Assembly (NCBI RefSeq): GCF_016595435.1
Contig: NZ_JAENIJ010000002.1
Coordinates: 84,545 to 148,544, forward strand
Reading direction: 5' to 3'
DNA: 64,000 nucleotides
DNA from: Luteolibacter pohnpeiensis
Lineage (GTDB): Bacteria; Verrucomicrobiota; Verrucomicrobiia; Verrucomicrobiales; Akkermansiaceae
Part shown: in pieces, positions 54,839 through 64,000 of the stretch
How the letters are laid out: the number at the start of each line of letters is the position of its first letter
Numbering within the stretch: the first letter of the stretch is position 1
The notes under the pieces: generated by a model
What the model saw: the letters and a program-made list of their open reading frames with translations, nothing else
Told to the model about the DNA's origin: nothing
Databases searched by the model: none
Position numbers and translations under genes: made by a program

Positions 54839-57800
54839 GATTCGATGTTTGTTCTTTGTTTTTTCGCGCCAATGCTTTCAAGCACCACGTAAAAAATCGG
54901 TGTCAGGAATAGACCGAAGATGGTGACTCCGATCATTCCGGAAAAGACGGCCACGCCCATTGCCTTACGCATTTCTGCCCCGGCACCATGAGCCACAACC
55001 AATGGGAAGACGCCCGCGATGAAGGCGATTGATGTCATCAAGATCGGGCGCAAGCGAAGTCTGGAGGCTTCCACTGCGGATTCGACAATGCCCTTGCCTT
55101 CTTCCCGCAACTTAACCGCGAACTCGACGATTAGAATTGCATTCTTCGCCGCCAACCCGATCAAAACGATCAGGCCAATTTGGGTGAAGATATTATTATC
55201 TCCCTTGGTATACCAAACTCCGAGCATGGCCGCGAGCAAGGCCATTGGCACAATCAACAAGACAGCAAACGGGAGTCGGAAACTTTCATATTGTGCCGCG
55301 AGAACGAGGAACACCAGCAAGATACTGATCGGGAAAACCAAGACACCGCTGTTCCCGGCCAGAATTTTCTGATAGGTCAAGTCCGTCCAATCCAGCGCCA
55401 TTCCCTTAGGCAATGTTTCCTTCGCCACCTTTTCCATCAGCGCCTCGGCTTGCCCTGAACTATAGCCGGGAGCTGGTCCTCCGTTGACCTCAGCGGCTGC
55501 GTAGCCGTTGTAGCGCATCGCACGATCCGGCCCGTACGTTTCGCTGACCTTGATCACAGATGCCAGTGGCACCATCTGTCCTTGATCGTTCCGGGTCCGC
55601 AATCTCAGGATATCCTGCGCATTGGTTCGGAATGGCGCATCTGCCTGGGCAATGACCTGATAGGTTCGACCAAAGCGATTGAAATCGTTCACATAAAGCG
55701 AGCCGAGATTGATCTGCATCGCTTCAAAGATATTTGCCAGAGGAATCCCTTGCTGCTTTGCCTTGGCGCGATCCACATCCACATTCAACTGCGGAGTATT
55801 GACCGTGAAACCAGAGAACGCCCCCGCAAGCCCGGGTGTTTGGTTCGCCTTCGCCACCAACGACTGGGTCGCTTCGTAAAGCGCGTCATAGCCAGCACCT
55901 GTCCGGTCTTCGACGTAGAGTTTAAATCCACCTGTGGTGCCAAGACCGTTCACCGGTGGCGGCGGGAAGATCGCCACAAATGCTTCCTGAATTTGCGCAT
56001 ACTCCGCTTGCAACTGAGCCGCGATTTCCGGCCCGGACAAACCTTTCCCTTCACGCTCCTCGAACGACTTCAAAGTCACGAACGCGATGCCCGAATTCGG
56101 ACTGTTGGTGAAGCCGTTGATCGAAAGGCCTGGAAATGCAATGGATTCGGCAACGCCCGGATGTTTCAGAGCGATTTCACTCATCTTGCGAATCACTTCA
56201 TCCGTCCGCTCCAGAGATGCCCCATCCGGCAATTGGGCAAACGCCACCAAATATTGTTTATCCTGAGCGGGAATGAACCCTGAAGGAACTTTTTTGAAAC
56301 TGTAATACGTCAACCCTAGTAGCCCGAGGTATAGCACGAGCGCGATCGCACTTTTCCGAATCATTCGATTCACTCCGCCCGAGTATTTGGTCGAGGACCA
56401 GTCAAAGAATCGGTTGAAGGGGCGGAAAAACCAACCCAGCGCCTTATCCATCACCTTCGACAACCCATCCTTGGGTGCATGGTGATCACGCAGCAATAAC
56501 GCACTCAATGCCGGCGAAAGGGTCAACGAGTTGAACGCTGAAATCACCGTGGAAATCGCAATCGTAATCGCAAATTGTTTATAAAATTGCCCGCTAAGTC
56601 CGGTGATGAATGCCGTGGGAATAAACACCGCAGACAACACCAGTGCCGTGGCAATGATCGGGCCCGTTACCTCTCGCATCGCTCGCTTGGTTGCCTCAAT
56701 TGGAGAGAACCCAAGCGCAATATTGCGCTCCACGTTTTCCACTACCACGATGGCATCATCCACCACAATCCCGATCGCGAGGACGAGTCCGAACAGCGAA
56801 AGAGCATTGATGGTAAAGCCCAGGGCGCTCATCATGGCAAACGTTCCCACCAAAGAAACCGGAACCGCTGCCAGGGGAATGATCGACGCTCGCCAGGTTT
56901 GGAGGAATAAAATCACGACAAGCACCACCAGTACTGTCGCCTCTAACAAGGTATGCACGACCGCTTCGATCGAGTGGCGCACAAACACCGTCGGGTCGTA
57001 AGCGATTTTATAATCCAGCCCGTCCGGGAAATCCTTTTTCAGATCCTCCATCGTTTTGCGGACGTTGTTGGATAGCTCAATCGCATTCGCGCCAGGTAAT
57101 TGGAAAATCGGAATCGCCACCGCCGTTTGGTTGCTCAATTGCGACCTCAACGCATATTCCGAGGCAGCCAGCTCCACCCTAGCAACGTCTCTCAGCAAGG
57201 TGCGCTCACCATGTTCACCGATTTTTACGATGATATTTTCGAACTCCTCCTCCGTGACCAATCTCCCCTTTGTATTGATCAGCAACTCGGTTTCAGCGCC
57301 CCCCGGATTCGGTTGCTGACCCACTGCGCCGGCTGCGACCTGGACGTTCTGCTCACGGATCGCGTTGACCACATCACCGGCCGTCAGCCCTCTCGAAGCA
57401 ACTTTGTTAGGATCCAGCCACACGCGCATGGCATAATCTCCTGAGCCGAATAATTGCACCTGCCCCACACCGGGAATCCGTGTTAACACATCACGAACCT
57501 GCAAGGTCGCGTAGTTCCGGACATAAATCTCATCATACCTTTTGTCCGGTGAAAGCAAATGCACGACCATCGTTAAATCCGGAGAGCTTTTGATGGTGGT
57601 AACACCAAGACGGCGAACTTCCTCCGGCAATTTAGGCAATGCTTGTGCCACCCGGTTTTGCACCTGGACTTGGGCATCGTCCGGATCCGTGCCGAGCTTG
57701 AAGGTGATGGTCAAGGTCATCACCCCATCACTCGTCGCCTGGGAAAACATGTAGATGGAATCCTCGACGCCGTTGATCGCCTGCTCCAGCGGCGTTGAAA

Positions 57801-57987
57801 CCGTCTCGGCGATCGTTTTCGGATTCGCCCCCGGATAAGTCGCAGTAACCACCACCGTCGGCGGGATCACTTCCGGATACTCACTGACGGGAAGCCGGAA
57901 AAGCGAGATCGCCCCCACGAGGAAGATCACAATCGACAAGACGCCGGCAAAAATCGGCCTCTTGATGAAGAAATCGGAAAAGTTCAT
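54835..57987 (-). CDS. RND efflux permease (HAE1/AcrB family).
   Basis: 1050 aa, 12 TM helices with two large periplasmic loops. Begins MNFSDFFIKRPIFAGVLSIVIFLVG. Confidence 0.9.
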   Translation of the reverse strand: MNFSDFFIKRPIFAGVLSIVIFLVGAISLFRLPVSEYPEVIPPTVVVTATYPGANPKTIAETVSTPLEQAINGVEDSIYMFSQATSDGVMTLTITFKLGTDPDDAQVQVQNRVAQALPKLPEEVRRLGVTTIKSSPDLTMVVHLLSPDKRYDEIYVRNYATLQVRDVLTRIPGVGQVQLFGSGDYAMRVWLDPNKVASRGLTAGDVVNAIREQNVQVAAGAVGQQPNPGGAETELLINTKGRLVTEEEFENIIVKIGEHGERTLLRDVARVELAASEYALRSQLSNQTAVAIPIFQLPGANAIELSNNVRKTMEDLKKDFPDGLDYKIAYDPTVFVRHSIEAVVHTLLEATVLVVLVVILFLQTWRASIIPLAAVPVSLVGTFAMMSALGFTINALSLFGLVLAIGIVVDDAIVVVENVERNIALGFSPIEATKRAMREVTGPIIATALVLSAVFIPTAFITGLSGQFYKQFAITIAISTVISAFNSLTLSPALSALLLRDHHAPKDGLSKVMDKALGWFFRPFNRFFDWSSTKYSGGVNRMIRKSAIALVLYLGLLGLTYYSFKKVPSGFIPAQDKQYLVAFAQLPDGASLERTDEVIRKMSEIALKHPGVAESIAFPGLSINGFTNSPNSGIAFVTLKSFEEREGKGLSGPEIAAQLQAEYAQIQEAFVAIFPPPPVNGLGTTGGFKLYVEDRTGAGYDALYEATQSLVAKANQTPGLAGAFSGFTVNTPQLNVDVDRAKAKQQGIPLANIFEAMQINLGSLYVNDFNRFGRTYQVIAQADAPFRTNAQDILRLRTRNDQGQMVPLASVIKVSETYGPDRAMRYNGYAAAEVNGGPAPGYSSGQAEALMEKVAKETLPKGMALDWTDLTYQKILAGNSGVLVFPISILLVFLVLAAQYESFRLPFAVLLIVPMALLAAMLGVWYTKGDNNIFTQIGLIVLIGLAAKNAILIVEFAVKLREEGKGIVESAVEASRLRLRPILMTSIAFIAGVFPLVVAHGAGAEMRKAMGVAVFSGMIGVTIFGLFLTPIFYVVLESIGAKKQRTNIES

Positions 57988-58020
57988 ATGCGTCTTTTTA
58001 AAGATCCATTCAGATTTGAT

Positions 58021-59211
58021 TCAGCGTACCGCGACTTCTGGATCCACGGTCATGCCGGCTGCGACCTTTTGCAGTCCGTTGATAATCACCCGATCTCCTG
58101 CAGCTAATCCTTCCCTAATGACTCTACGTCCGCCGATAACACGGCCGAGTTTCACCGTGCGATACGCCACCGTATTATCCGCTCCAACAGTTAGAACATA
58201 CTTCTGATCCTGACTTGTGCCGATCGCCCGCTCACTGACAAACAAGGTCGGATTTTCCGCACTGATCGGCAGTCGCACCCGCGCTGATAGACCGGGAATC
58301 AATTCCTCATCCACATTTGGAAACACCATCCGCAGCACTAAGCTGCCGGTTCCTGAATCAAGATGATTGTCTGTGGATTCAATGTATCCCACATGAAGAA
58401 AGTCATCTTCATTGCTCAGTTGGGCTTCGACCGGGATGTGACCCTTTTTTTGCAAAATCTTCCCCTCCCGAACCAGTTGGTTGAAAGTCAGTAGGGTGTT
58501 TTCATCCACATCCGCGTAAACAAACACATCACCCGCAGACACAATTCTGGTCAGCACGGTGCCATTCCCCGGCGTTCCAGATACCATGTTTCCCGTAGTT
58601 ACATAGGCGCGGTTCACCAAACCACTGATCGGAGCCCGGACCTCGGTGTATTCCAAATCCAGCAACGCTGTTTTCAGAGATGCCTCAGCTGCCAGGACTG
58701 CGGCTTTAGCCTCGGCCAGGGTCGAACTCCTGACTTCCGCTTCTTCCATGGAGATCGCTTTGCTGCCAAGCAGATCATCCGAGCGTTTTGACTGACTTTC
58801 GGCAATCTGCACCCGAACCTTGGTGCGCTCCAACTCTGCCTTCGCCAGATCCACTTGAGCCTGAAATGGGCGCGGATCGATGACAAACAGCACATCGCCT
58901 TTCTCCACCTTTTTACCGGCCTCCAAACGAACCTCGACGATGGGCCCAGAAACCTGCGCTCTCAGTTCAACACTTTCCTGAGCCTCTACCCTGCCGAGCA
59001 ACTCGCGGAACTCCACCGACATTTCTTGCTGCACTTGAGCGATGGTCACTTTCGGCGGAGGTGGGGCAGCTTGCGCCGCTTGCCCCTCCGCTGCCTGGGC
59101 CGTCGTATTGACTAAATAGAAAACAATCAACGCCACCCCGGCAGCGGCTGATAAATCAAGCCAACGAAAACGCTTGAAGCGGCTGCGCGAAAAGATCAAA
59201 ACAGGACTCAT
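58021..59211 (-). CDS. RND efflux periplasmic adaptor subunit (membrane fusion protein).
   Basis: Signal anchor, coiled-coil hairpin, lipoyl and beta-barrel motifs. Confidence 0.85.
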   Translation of the reverse strand: MSPVLIFSRSRFKRFRWLDLSAAAGVALIVFYLVNTTAQAAEGQAAQAAPPPPKVTIAQVQQEMSVEFRELLGRVEAQESVELRAQVSGPIVEVRLEAGKKVEKGDVLFVIDPRPFQAQVDLAKAELERTKVRVQIAESQSKRSDDLLGSKAISMEEAEVRSSTLAEAKAAVLAAEASLKTALLDLEYTEVRAPISGLVNRAYVTTGNMVSGTPGNGTVLTRIVSAGDVFVYADVDENTLLTFNQLVREGKILQKKGHIPVEAQLSNEDDFLHVGYIESTDNHLDSGTGSLVLRMVFPNVDEELIPGLSARVRLPISAENPTLFVSERAIGTSQDQKYVLTVGADNTVAYRTVKLGRVIGGRRVIREGLAAGDRVIINGLQKVAAGMTVDPEVAVR

Positions 59212-59264
59212 AATTGGATGTAGTTGACTAATTAGTAAAGTAATAGACTAAAAAAAGGGGAAAT

Positions 59265-59867
59265 TTAGGCGATTTTCCCGCCAAGAATCCCGATTGAGGC
59301 TTCAGGGAGGTTCCTGAGATATTCCAAATCATTTTGGATTCGCGCCTGGCCCATGCTGCCCTCAAACAGAGCGAACAGACTTTTCGCCATGCGCATCGCG
59401 TCACCTTCGGAAAATACGCCTTGAGCTTGGCCATCACGGATCGTCGATTCGAAATAGCGAATTTGCCGATCGAGAATTTCCTGTGCTTTCGCACGCAACA
59501 GTTCGTCCTGACTGCAAACTTCGCTACCTACCGAAAAGCAGGGACAGCCGAGAACTTGGCCGTGTTTCGCGAGCATTTCTGCCTGAAAATCCAGGATTTC
59601 CTGCATGAATTGACGCACTCTCTCAAGCGGCGGGGTGGAGGACGAAAACCAAGCGTCCCACTTTGGCTTGGCCGAGTCTTGCCAATTTGCTTCCAGCGCC
59701 GCTACAGCCAAGGTCGATTTGGAATCGAAGAAATAGTAAAAACTTCCCTTCTTCACTCCGGCACGCTCGCAGATCGCATCAATCGTCACCGTGCCGTAGC
59801 TACGCTCCCAGATCAAATCCAGTGCAGCTTCCAGCAGGCGCTCTTTTGCATCACTCGTGCGGCCCAT
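59265..59867 (-). CDS. TetR/AcrR-family transcriptional regulator.
   Basis: N-terminal HTH TIDAICERAGVKKGSFYYFF. Confidence 0.85.
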   Translation of the reverse strand: MGRTSDAKERLLEAALDLIWERSYGTVTIDAICERAGVKKGSFYYFFDSKSTLAVAALEANWQDSAKPKWDAWFSSSTPPLERVRQFMQEILDFQAEMLAKHGQVLGCPCFSVGSEVCSQDELLRAKAQEILDRQIRYFESTIRDGQAQGVFSEGDAMRMAKSLFALFEGSMGQARIQNDLEYLRNLPEASIGILGGKIA

Positions 59868-59944
59868 GGGTTTTTAATAGTTTACCAATTGGTCAACTAC
59901 AAGTGATTTTTTCAGAAATCGCCATGGGTGAAATCATCCAGGGA

Positions 59945-61453
59945 TCATTTACCCTCGCTGCTCGCCTTTGCTTTCCCTGATTTGATAGCACCGAGTTCGA
60001 CCTGAGCCTGCTTCTTTTGCGCATCATCAAAGCCGCCGAAAAGTTTGTCCGCCAGCTCTTTACCGCTGGTTTCACCGCGCTCGGAAGCCAGTGTCGCATA
60101 GGCCCAGGACTTCGGTAAATCCACTTTGGTTCCCAATCCTTGGGAAAGCATCCGCGCGACTGCAAAAGTCGCAGGACCATTCCCCTGATCCGCGGCCATG
60201 GAGTAAAGCTTTCCGGCATTTCCAAGATTTTGCGGCACACCCACGCCTCGCTCATACATCGCGCCGAGGTTATTCTGGGCCTGCGGGTAACCGGCTTGCG
60301 CCGCTTTGCCCAGCCAGGCAGCCGCAGCTGCCGGATCTGCCACGGCGAGTTTGCCAGAAAGATAAAACAGCCCGAGCTCATTTTGAGCTTCGGCAAGACC
60401 ACCGACTGAGGCGTTAAGAAGATTGTTGTAGCCGGCCATCAAGTCCGGCTTGTCACCGGAAAGTCGAATCACTGCCAACTTGAAATGCGCCTCCGGGTTT
60501 CCGGCTTTAGCAGCCGTCTCTAACAAATCGACCGCGCGGCCCTGGTCCTTATCGACGGTTTTGCCTTCCAGATAGAAATCTGCCGCGCGCATGGCACAAT
60601 CCGGTTGGCCGGCATCCTTGCCACGCTCGAAGGCTGCAAGCGCCGCTTTGTCGTCGTGGTTCACTTTTTCTTCGAAGTCGCCGAGAACCAAATAGGCGGA
60701 TGGATTTTTCAAGGCGATCGCCTTATCTAACCACTCACGGCCGAGTTTCAGATCGCGGATTTCCTCGGGGCCGCTCAACAGTCGGGACGCCAAGGTCACC
60801 ATGGCTCCGGCATCACCCTGATCCGCGGCGCGCTTGAATGCCGCCATCGCTTTTTTGATATCGATCTTATCGGCAAAGCCAAATTGTCCTTCATACAAGC
60901 GGCCTAACAAAACCATGGCAGTGACATCGCCTGCATCTGCGGATTTGCCCCACCATTGCACGGCCTGATCGTAATCCGGCTCTTTGCTGAAGCGTCCCCG
61001 CAAATAAGCCTCGCCGAGGATTCTTCCCGCGACCTGAGGATCCGTCTCCGCTTTCGTTTCCAAGCGCTTTTTCGCATCCTCACGGACTTTTGGGTCTTCC
61101 GAGGCGAGGTAAATGAAAGCGATGCGGTAGGCCGCATCATTCTGGCCTTTAGCGGCCGCCTTGAGGTAATAGTCCAGAGCTTGTTCCTGGGAAAGTTCCA
61201 CTCCCTTGCCGGTCTCGTAGGCAAAGCCCATCAGATAGAGCGCGTCCGCATTTCCCTTTTCGACCAGAGGCTTCGCCAGTTCCATCGCCTTGTCGAAATC
61301 ACCAGCCTGAAACGCATCAACGGCAGCCTTCACCGGCCCGTCCACTTCGGTCGGGATCGCAGGTGGCGCGGGGTCCGTTCCAGGCTCCGCCGCATGAACC
61401 GAACCCAGTGAAATCGCACCCAAAAGGAACAGGAGAGGGAATTTGAACCGCAT
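59945..61453 (-). CDS. Secreted Sel1-repeat (TPR-like) protein.
   Basis: Start trimmed to the signal peptide MRFKFPLLFLLGAISLGSVHA. About 10 Sel1-like repeats of the form ...GDA.A...LG..Y..G.GV..D...A..W..KAA.QG. Confidence 0.75.
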   Translation of the reverse strand: MRFKFPLLFLLGAISLGSVHAAEPGTDPAPPAIPTEVDGPVKAAVDAFQAGDFDKAMELAKPLVEKGNADALYLMGFAYETGKGVELSQEQALDYYLKAAAKGQNDAAYRIAFIYLASEDPKVREDAKKRLETKAETDPQVAGRILGEAYLRGRFSKEPDYDQAVQWWGKSADAGDVTAMVLLGRLYEGQFGFADKIDIKKAMAAFKRAADQGDAGAMVTLASRLLSGPEEIRDLKLGREWLDKAIALKNPSAYLVLGDFEEKVNHDDKAALAAFERGKDAGQPDCAMRAADFYLEGKTVDKDQGRAVDLLETAAKAGNPEAHFKLAVIRLSGDKPDLMAGYNNLLNASVGGLAEAQNELGLFYLSGKLAVADPAAAAAWLGKAAQAGYPQAQNNLGAMYERGVGVPQNLGNAGKLYSMAADQGNGPATFAVARMLSQGLGTKVDLPKSWAYATLASERGETSGKELADKLFGGFDDAQKKQAQVELGAIKSGKAKASSEGK

Positions 61454-61517
61454 GGCGGACGCTAGCCTGCCCACCCCCTGGTGCGCAACCGGATAGATGG
61501 GGCGCGGAAAAATTGGT

Positions 61518-62687
61518 TCAGCAGCTGGAACGCGTGCGAAGATCTTCAATGCATTCGATCAGCACCGCTCGATCCATCTCATGCACGTCCACTCCTTTTC
61601 CCGGCTCTTGTAACAACAAGACCGTCAGCTCCCCACCAAGATGTTCACGAAATTCCGCCAAACCATCAAACACCGCCAACTCCCCTGAAGTGGATGTTTC
61701 ATCCAGCATCGGATGCCAGGTTTTCAACTGCAGTTTGTCCAAAATGCGCAAAATCCGATCGGCTGTTTCCTGAGCCAAGAGCCCGGTGCGCGCCGAATAA
61801 AGCGTATCAATCGCCAGACCCACCGCCACCGCCGGAGCATGCGACAGAACATAACCGGTCATCGCTTCCAGTTTGTGCGCCGCCCAGTGGCCGAAGTCTA
61901 ACGGGCGACTGGAACCACTTTCAAATGGGTCACCACTCGTCGCAATATGCCGGGCATGCAACAACGCCGAACGTTTGACACACTCTTCAAGAATGTCTGG
62001 AGCGAGCGCGGCGAGTTCATCGATGTTTGCATCCATCCAATCGAAAAACTCGGCATCTTTCACCAACGCAACTTTGACCGCCTCGATCAGCCCGGCGCGT
62101 TTCACGTCATCCGGCTGCGAATGAAGAAAGCGGAAATCATTGATGACGGCGTATGGCACGGCAAACGCGCCGATCCAGTTTTTCTTTCCTAAACCATTGA
62201 TCGCACACTTCACCCCCACGCCACTGTCGTCTTGTGAAAGAGTTGTGGTTGGAAAACGGACCAGTCTCACCCCCCGGTGCGCCGTCGCCATCGCATAGCC
62301 GGCCGCATCCAAGAAGGCCCCACCGCCAATCACCAGCGCATACGAATGACGGTCGATGTGGGCATCATTCAATTTTTCCCAAATCTCACGGACCAAACGA
62401 TCATCCGCTTTCACCGGCTCACCACCTGGCATTACCACCACACCTTTCAGCTCCACCTGGGAATCCGCAAAGTATTGATTCGCCTCTGCTTCAAGTGACG
62501 GCCAGGCATCAGCAACGGCTTGCTCGATAAAGACCATCGCTCGTCGCCCTGCTCCTTCCTCGAGGATTTCATTCAAGATCGGATTCGATTTCGAAAAGGC
62601 ATCTCGAGTAAAAACAATCCGGTGCTTGAAGGTTACAGGAATTTGGAAATCGTAGCGGGACATCGGCGGGCGGAAGCTAGGCACCAA
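61518..62687 (-). CDS. 3-dehydroquinate synthase family (sugar-phosphate cyclase).
   Basis: IGGGAFLDAAGYAMATAHRGVRLVRFPTTTLSQDDSGVGVKCAIN matches the DHQS nucleotide-binding and metal-binding region. Confidence 0.8.
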   Translation of the reverse strand: MVPSFRPPMSRYDFQIPVTFKHRIVFTRDAFSKSNPILNEILEEGAGRRAMVFIEQAVADAWPSLEAEANQYFADSQVELKGVVVMPGGEPVKADDRLVREIWEKLNDAHIDRHSYALVIGGGAFLDAAGYAMATAHRGVRLVRFPTTTLSQDDSGVGVKCAINGLGKKNWIGAFAVPYAVINDFRFLHSQPDDVKRAGLIEAVKVALVKDAEFFDWMDANIDELAALAPDILEECVKRSALLHARHIATSGDPFESGSSRPLDFGHWAAHKLEAMTGYVLSHAPAVAVGLAIDTLYSARTGLLAQETADRILRILDKLQLKTWHPMLDETSTSGELAVFDGLAEFREHLGGELTVLLLQEPGKGVDVHEMDRAVLIECIEDLRTRSSC

Positions 62688-62722
62688 TACGCCGTCGCGC
62701 CAACGTTTCTTCTTATAATCCC

Positions 62723-63247
62723 ATGTCGAAAATCACCACCTTATTTGAAACGGAATGGCTCGGACTCTATCGAATCGGTCACTGGGATTTCGCTTGCAGG
62801 CCGCACGCGCCAACGGCGGTGGGCATCCTTGCGGTCACTCCTGAAAGCGAAATCATTCTGATTGAGCAGTTTCGCATTCCGATGCAACGCCGGGTGATCG
62901 AAGTCCCTGCGGGCATCGTGGGTGACGAGCCAGAACACATCGGTGAACCGTTGGAAGAAACCGCACGCCGCGAACTGTTGGAAGAGACCGGCTATTTCGC
63001 CTCAGACATGAAACTCCTGCTTGGCACGCCCACCACGGCAGGCATGAGCTCGGAAATCATCTATCTGTTCCAAGCATCCAATCTCGAAAGAAGAGGGCCC
63101 GGTGGCGGAACAGAAAATGAAGACATCACCGTGCACCACGTTCCGCTTTCCGAGCTGCGCGCGTGGCTGAAGCAGAAAGAATCGGAAGGGCTACTGATCG
63201 ATTTCAAAATCCACGCCACCCTGTGGATGGCCGGAATCATCGCCTGA
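62723..63247 (+). CDS. NUDIX hydrolase (ADP-ribose-pyrophosphatase-like).
   Basis: Nudix box GEPLEETARRELLEETGY. Confidence 0.8.
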   Translation: MSKITTLFETEWLGLYRIGHWDFACRPHAPTAVGILAVTPESEIILIEQFRIPMQRRVIEVPAGIVGDEPEHIGEPLEETARRELLEETGYFASDMKLLLGTPTTAGMSSEIIYLFQASNLERRGPGGGTENEDITVHHVPLSELRAWLKQKESEGLLIDFKIHATLWMAGIIA

Positions 63248-63249
63248 AC

Positions 63250-63978
63250 TCAAATTCCGAATTTGGTATCTCCTGATTTCGCCATTTTCCAAACCGGACC
63301 GTTTGGATCGAACGGTGGTGCATTGTCCGCATTCGATTTCTCAGGCAAACTGCGGTCGAAGCGGAACAGCGGCAGAATCGGAGAGCCCGTGGATGCCTTG
63401 TTGTAATCCGCACCGACTTCCTCGATGTGCAGTGCTGCACAAAAAAGGCCGCCCGGCACTTCACTAATCAAAATCTCAACTGGGTAAGTGCGACCGGCAA
63501 CCACATCGAAAGTCGGCCCCACGCCCAAACCGAGGTTCTTCTCATTCCAGTTCTGCGTGGTCTCATATTGATAAGTTTTGATCTTGTCCTCCTTCATCGC
63601 GGAAGAGCGCAACAGTCGGTCAAATTCACGATTATCATTCTGACCTGTTAGATATGGAATATGCAAATGGGGCTCAAAGTCCACCGTCCCCATGGTATAT
63701 CCCCAATCAAAGACATTCTTCTTATTGAAGCGGACCACCATGATATCATCCCCCGCCCCAACGAACCGGAATTTCCCTGTTTTTGGAGCGATCACATTGC
63801 CGCTGTAAACCACAACCCATCGGCTTGGCTGCACTTCATTCGCGCAATTGAACGCCTTGGGTGCCTCACCTGCATCCATCGCCGGGATGTAGATCTTTGT
63901 CTGATAGAGCGTGTTCGAGGCTTTGTAGTATTTGCTCAGATACCGCAAGTTCCAGTTGTCGACAAATTTACGAACCAC
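63250..63978 (-). CDS. Hypothetical protein. The N-terminus may continue beyond the window end.
   Basis: ORF with no recognisable motif. The region upstream of the first Met runs to the window edge. Confidence 0.4.
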   Translation of the reverse strand: MVRKFVDNWNLRYLSKYYKASNTLYQTKIYIPAMDAGEAPKAFNCANEVQPSRWVVVYSGNVIAPKTGKFRFVGAGDDIMVVRFNKKNVFDWGYTMGTVDFEPHLHIPYLTGQNDNREFDRLLRSSAMKEDKIKTYQYETTQNWNEKNLGLGVGPTFDVVAGRTYPVEILISEVPGGLFCAALHIEEVGADYNKASTGSPILPLFRFDRSLPEKSNADNAPPFDPNGPVWKMAKSGDTKFGI

Positions 63979-64000
63979 CTCTTTGGTCTCGTCATCCGTG

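Noticed and set aside
1-64000. Recurrent CTAACA/TGTTAG hexamers, which at first looked like a dispersed repeat or a stop-codon-associated motif.
   Set aside because: I counted about 30 occurrences on both strands in 64 kb. That matches the random expectation for a 6-mer, so there is no enrichment.
1-64000. Search for CRISPR arrays, IS elements or transposases, integrases, tRNA and rRNA genes.
   Set aside because: I saw no regularly spaced direct repeats, no transposase or integrase-like ORFs and no rRNA or tRNA signatures on either strand.

Overview
This 64 kb window is a GC-rich bacterial chromosomal segment, almost entirely protein-coding. The gene content suggests a Verrucomicrobia-like organism: autotransporter-associated beta-strand-repeat surface proteins, DUF1573-like secreted proteins, a Rho factor with a long lysine-rich N-terminal insertion, and a TGTTC-N4-GAACA palindrome in front of lexA. 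I worked from the sequence only and ran no searches.

Housekeeping genes present are tsaD, a ygfZ-like gene, a yebC-family regulator, rho, ptsH plus ptsI with no EII, pfkA, a dacA-like carboxypeptidase, rnpB (RNase P RNA), ispF, a suhB-like phosphatase, a stand-alone coaB, rpiB, hflKC, lexA, and an RND efflux pump with its TetR regulator.

Accessory content includes a 2036-aa alpha-2-macroglobulin thioester protein (GCTEQ motif), a 1221-aa secreted repeat protein next to a GspK-like pseudopilin gene that runs off the window start, and an ECF sigma/anti-sigma operon carrying two tandem DUF1573-like paralogs and a rhodanese.

The most unusual locus is 25283..33747 on the minus strand. It is a co-oriented cluster of an NfeD/YqiJ-like membrane protein, a 680-aa flotillin (SPFH) protein, a 1705-aa multidomain protein whose only recognisable module is a MoxR/McrB-type AAA_5 ATPase near residue 1200, and a small ParB/Srx-like protein. 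A hairpin plus U-tract lies between the flotillin gene and the giant ATPase gene. An MFS gene sits directly upstream on the same strand and faces lexA across a promoter region that carries the LexA-box-like palindrome. I regard this as a candidate undescribed SPFH-scaffolded ATPase system, possibly a defence or envelope-stress module.

I found no CRISPR array, IS element, tRNA or rRNA.
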